DNA from: Hydrolagus affinis
Taxonomy: Eukaryota
Assembly: GCA_012026655.1 (NCBI GenBank)
Contig: JAAILG010000173.1
Location: 1 to 64,000, forward strand
Direction: 5' to 3'
Length of the DNA stretch: 64,000 bases
This document shows, in pieces, positions 58,941 through 64,000 of the stretch; within the stretch, counting starts at the first letter, position 1; each line of letters starts with the position of its first letter. The notes under the pieces are model-generated. The model was not told the DNA's origin and searched no databases. It worked only from the letters and a program-made list of their open reading frames with translations. The position numbers were made by a program, and so were the translations under genes.

Positions 58941-60239
58941 ATAATCTATGTCTTTAAAACAGTTTTTCAGTGAATAGACTATATATTTGTGGGCAAAACG
59001 TGGCAGCCAATTGCGCATGGCAGTGTCCCACAAACAATCATGGGTTGAGTGACCAAATTACGCACATTCTAAATTGCTCGCCAGAGATTAGCCTTGTAGT
59101 CCCTCCTTTCAACTGAGGATGGATGTTTGTTAGACCCACCATTTACTCTACAATGGGCAAGCTTCACATTTAATGTTCAAATTAAAATGCACTGATACTT
59201 AGTAACTGTTGTTTAAACCTGTCATTCAATTCTTGTTGCAATACTTCAGACTATACTACACAATGATGAGGAAGAAGTGGGGTAGATGAAAAACAATAGC
59301 AGCAAATTACATATGGAATCCTTCGGTCAAATGCACTGAAGCGTGTGTGGCTACATTATGGAAAACTCCCACTTGAGGCACTGAATTTCATTTCTCCTTG
59401 AAGGCAATATAAATTTGACAATTATAAGTTACAGGAAAAGTCTATTCATCTGATTTACTTGCAGTGCGTAAATACAGACAGTGCCCAGAGTTCCTCCAAC
59501 CCTTGTGGAATCAGGTTTCTGTCAACTCATTTTGTGGATATTTCAGCATTTACTGTGTTAAATGAGAATTAATCCCATAGTTTAAAAGATACATGATTCA
59601 GTAGTTTACCATTCAGTGGAGAATCCCATGCACTCACTTCTCCAAAGTCGGTAAATTTATTGACAGTTGGAGAAATCTTCATGTAAAAACACTTGGCCCA
59701 ATGTGGCGGTAAAGACATGCACAAACAAGGCTGCAAGTCATACTGAATTATACTGTTGTATCTTCTTTCAGCTCCATAGCTTTCTAAAACAGAAGAATTT
59801 GTCCAAACAGATTTTCTTGAAAAGATTGTTGGTTTGGTCACTTTAAGCCCTTATTACTGTATTTGGAAATTATGTACTTGATTTGTTAGATAAATCCAGT
59901 ATTTCCCTACCTGAAGGCATCTAAAATTGTCCTGGTTATCTTGGAAAAAGATACAAGTGAAAGGTTTTATCACCACCCATCATTGTTTTCCTATTGTCTA
60001 CAGAAGACCAATTGCACTTAAATAGCTTTCTCTTTGAAGAGATGACAAATTAAATGTAAAAGGTTGAATGTTATATTATTATTGAGATTTCTAGAGTAGA
60101 GGTCAATTCAAGAACATAGGCACATTTGTCATTGGCTTTCATTCTTTACCTCAAGGTTTGTGGTTGTAACTAACTCGGTTGGTAGCATTTACCTTTGTGT
60201 CAGAAGGATTTATACCCATGTCAGAATTATATTCCTGTG

Positions 60240-60535
60240 CAGTTTTTTTGGGGAGTGGGGTTGATGTCATCTGAGATGTTAAACAGAGATCACAACTGTT
60301 TAGATTGATTTTAGAGATCCCATGGCACCATTTGAAAAGAAAAGGGTGTTTCTTCCAGTGCCCTGACCAATCCCCCAGATTAAATTGATTATTCATTTTA
60401 CGATTGTTTGTGAGTTGATGTGTGCATATAACTGCTGTGTTTGCCTACAACATACACATCATGACATTCACCAGTAAAATCCTGATTTTTAAATTTTCCA
60501 AAGAAAAATTTGTGTACCAAATGCAAGGAATATTA
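60240..60535 (+). mobile_element. Old Deu-domain SINE
   Basis: tgagatgttaaacagag..agatcccatggcaccatttgaaaaga..ccagtgccctgaccaa. Confidence 0.6.
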
Positions 60536-60883
60536 CAGTAACATGTATGAGCTCAGATCTATCATGAATGCATGGCATTGGTGTCCCTCAAAATGACCTT
60601 TGTCATTTAAAGAAAAATATATCTTTTTAAAAAATCAACAGAAATTAATTGAATGCAAACCTGAAGGAAATGTCAATCATTGTTCTTTGTAGCTGTTTGA
60701 TTTTTTTTTCAAAAGGATCCTCCTGACAAGACTACTCTTTGTTGTGGTAAAGTGCCTTTCTTCACAAGTATAATGTTTGTTCTTCCATTTAAAATTTACC
60801 AACCATTTACATCTGATCTTATAATCGATACGAGTACAATGCTTCTAATTGATTGTGCAGCGTTTTTAATGAGGATACGTTAC

Positions 60884-60967
60884 ACTCCCCCTGTGCAGCG
60901 CCTTGGGACGTCCTCCCGACGTGAAAGGCGCTCTATAAATGTAATTTGTTGTTGTTGTTGTTGTTGT
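60884..60967 (+). mobile_element. Ultra-short L2 3' tail insertion with (TTG)n
   Basis: gcagcgccttgggacgtcctcccgacgtgaaaggcgctctataaatgtaatttg(ttg)n. Confidence 0.85.
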
Positions 60968-61019
60968 TACATTCCTCTGAGGGTATGCTTTTTAAAAGTT
61001 TATATTTTTAGTTATTTCT

Positions 61020-61297
61020 AGCCAAACTTTCCTTGTGGTAAACTTAAGGATCTGACGATTGTTTAAAGATTAATTTTGCTCATAGTCTCATTGTTAGTCG
61101 ATTGGCGGATTGCTTTCCGGGATAATAATTCCTCAAAAAAAATATTGGTCATTCAATCCACAACTGCTATGCACAGTTGGCTGCCAGATTTCATCCATAA
61201 AATACAGTCAATCCACTTTACAACATATTCTGTGAAGCGCTTTGAGGCGTCTCAACAATGCAATAAGGCAAATAGCAAATGTGATGATTATTATTAA
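61020..61297 (+). mobile_element. Long-body SINE, degenerate
   Basis: ttgttagtcgattggcggattgctttccgg..ttggtcattcaatccac..gtgaagcgctttgaggcgtc. Confidence 0.7.
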
Positions 61298-62474
61298 TTC
61301 TGAAAAATAGAGTTAGTTCAATGTAGCAAAAAAATCGGCTAAATATAGGAAGTGTGAGAATAAAATAGAAATGTTTTAACCAAGCAGACAGCACATTCTG
61401 TTGCATTTATGCATTTCTTCTCCATAGCTCGCATTGCTGGTTTGAGGTGAGGGTATTGCACTCTGCTTTGCAAAGCTCTGGTATCCTGTTAAGTCAAAGG
61501 TCTACCTTGTCTGCTGCTCCCCATTCAGTGGTAATTTGCAGCGTGTATTTGTACATCCTTTTAAAATTCACCGGGAAAAATGCTGTGGTGGGAAGCATTG
61601 TAATTGCTTCTAATTTTTATTTCCAGGGGACTTGGAGGAGCATGTAATGAATGCAAAAAAGAACAAAGGTTTAATGTAAATGTATTCTGTATCCCTATCA
61701 GCCAAGGTGACTCAAATTATTATGACAGGGTCAGAATCTCTGCCTGGCAAACTACCTTAAATTAATTACCATCTTGACATTTTAAAGGAAATTTTCAGAT
61801 TGTAAATTTAACCCAGACAAAGTAGTCTTTTTTATCTTGTCAATATGCAAACTATTTCTCACTGCAGTTTGTGAATTATTCATCAGAAGGAACCCCCAAA
61901 AGGCATAGAAAATATTGGCTTATTTGATCCTAAACTGCAAAGACTAGTCCAATCCTTTTTCTTCGAAGTGTTACATCAGCTTATTATTTTTCTATTCATA
62001 TTTGCCTAAAAATTATCATGCTTAACATTACAGAGCCTTCTTCATATTATATGAAGTTTTTGTACAGTCATCTTATTTTGAACCATTTATCTACGGTTAA
62101 GCTTAAGGAAACTGTGCACAAGTGCTAAATCGGGTAATTTGGTTGTGCTTTAGACATATGCCTTTTTTTTAATTGAATTTCTTTACTTATATTTGTTATT
62201 CCTGTGGTCAGAACACAACAAATTATCCTATTTGGGGTCTCCTGCCTTGACACATTTGGGGTTCAATGAAAGCAAGTGTCCTACTCTACATAATTAGAAA
62301 CATTCCTATAAAAGTCCCAATGTGATTTAATAAGTACTGAATGATACCAAAGCACAAACACAAAGGGCTTAAAGAAAGTTAGGTTCTGCTTCACCATTCA
62401 GGGCAATTCTCACTTTGGTGTAGTTGGTCAAAATGAAAATTCTCCATATCCAGATAGAAGGGAGGTAAAAAGAT

Positions 62475-62750
62475 AATCCTGGTCTGTGTTAACGAATTTC
62501 AACGGCTTTGACGATGCTGTGTCAAAATCAGTCAGAGGTTTCTGAATCCAGACACTTTTGGGTGAGGACAGGATTAATCTTGACTACAAGCTTCCTCAAC
62601 TACCTCCCCTTTTCGACAAATTGTTAGACAACATTTCACTGTACAGGCTTAGTAGCTATTTGGGAGAAGTACCTGAAGGTAACCAGTGTTTGACAAGGCA
62701 TAAAGGTGTTAGAAACCTGCATGAATAGTAGGAAGAAAGAGGAGAAAATT
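62475..62750 (+). repeat. Ancient repeat family X
   Basis: aaaatcagtcagaggtt..gggtgaggacaggatt..tcactgtacaggct..ttgggagaagtacctgaagg..gaggagaaaatt. Confidence 0.55.
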
Positions 62751-63718
62751 AGTGGTGGTAGGTGGAGGAACTCCAATAAAAATCTTGACACAAGTTAGTG
62801 AGTTAGATACAAGTTTATCATGATGCAAAGCAAAGGATCAATCCTGTTTAAATACCACCATTGAGTCAATTTTACTTGTGTAAAAGCAAAGCACATTTGA
62901 GAAGTGAACCACTACAACTGTTTCAATGCAGTGTGTTTCAAAGCAACAACTGGCTAGAATGGAAAATATATGTAAATTAGTGGTAAAATCATATTTCACA
63001 CAGATATTCTCTAAACCTAGCAGTCTGAAGTGGATAATTCGAGCAGTTTGTTTAAAAAAAAGGCACTGCCTTATTGAAGTATTAATAATGTGACATTTTG
63101 AAAAACAATATCAACTACAACATTTAGAAAAATGTTTGCAGGGACCAGAACTTAAACAGTGATGTGTTTAAAAAAGCAGATGTAGCTTGAGTCACACTAA
63201 CCAGGTATTGGAGCAAAAACTTTCCCGTGCACATGCTCTTAGTTTCAGATAGATTCCCAGTTGTTGCCGACTGTGCATCCTGATGGCATGTGAGTTTCAG
63301 CATTTATTTACTGAGTTTGTTCCCTGACGTTATGACAGGCATATATATGTGAGATCTTTTGAGGATGTGGTTTGCAAGAGATTCAAAAAGAGATGTTTTG
63401 GAACTGCAATGCAGGATATGGAACGAAAAGGGAAATCTTTTGAGATTATTAATAGCATCGACAAGGATGAACAAGAGACAATAAATGCAAGGAATGTGGT
63501 TAACTGTTTTTTAGTTACACATGCTTGTCGACTGTATCAAGTCGAAGGGGTGGTTAGATTGAGGTATTTAAACTAATGAGAGGAATTGACAGATTGAATG
63601 GTGGGTGACTCTTACAGGGACGCATTACAAAAAGAACATATTTTACAGCCTACAGGCTTAATGCAGTTTTAATAGTTTATTTGGTTTTAGAAACAAAGAA
63701 AGCAAGTAGGTTTTACTG

Positions 63719-64000
63719 CAGTAAAACCTTGATAATTTGGCTTGGTTTTGACCACGAACCTCCCAGATTTCAGAGTTTGTCTGTATTTAGAAACCTACCT
63801 AGAAATGGTTGGGGAAGCGCAGCAGCAAACACAACATGTTCCATTAACACAGCACAGAAGCCAAACAATGGTCAAGCTCCAACCACAGCGCCAGATGACA
63901 GAATGGCCACGTCGGGAACTACTAGCAGCTGTTCCGAACTTCGGAAGATTTGCCGGACATAGAAACAAATCCAATATTGTAGGTATTTTGAAATCTTGCC
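63719..64000. mobile_element. MITE family B copy (inverted relative to 2124-2423), running to the window edge
   Basis: cagtaaaaccttgataatttggc..tatttagaaacctacctagaaatgg..gatttgccggacat. Confidence 0.75.

Overview
This is vertebrate nuclear DNA, not prokaryotic. The repeat content (L2/CR1 LINEs, Deu-domain and tRNA-headed SINEs, Penelope-like remnants) suggests a cartilaginous fish, by inference. Positions 3326-26251 (+) hold 16 coding exons of LRIG3, equivalent to human exons 4-19. They encode LRRs, LRRCT, three Ig domains, a transmembrane helix and the cytoplasmic tail. All introns are GT-AG and the spliced frame stays open to TAA at 26249-26251. Exons 1-3 lie upstream of the window. The 3'UTR has let-7, miR-29, miR-124 and miR-19 seed matches and an AATAAA at 26723. 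I recognise no host gene in the remaining ~37 kb. Introns and the downstream region are filled with mobile-element remnants: L2 and CR1 fragments, ultra-short L2 tail insertions, several SINE generations, a TA-targeting Tc1/mariner(pogo/Tigger)-type MITE deletion series, hAT MITEs with 8-bp TSDs, a Sola-like element with a 4-bp TSD and a hAT-like element with an apparent 6-bp TSD. There are also several fold-back hairpins. I found no convincing new multi-gene system. The most interesting signals are transposon-biology and RNA-regulatory observations. All comparisons with known families are from memory, not database searches.
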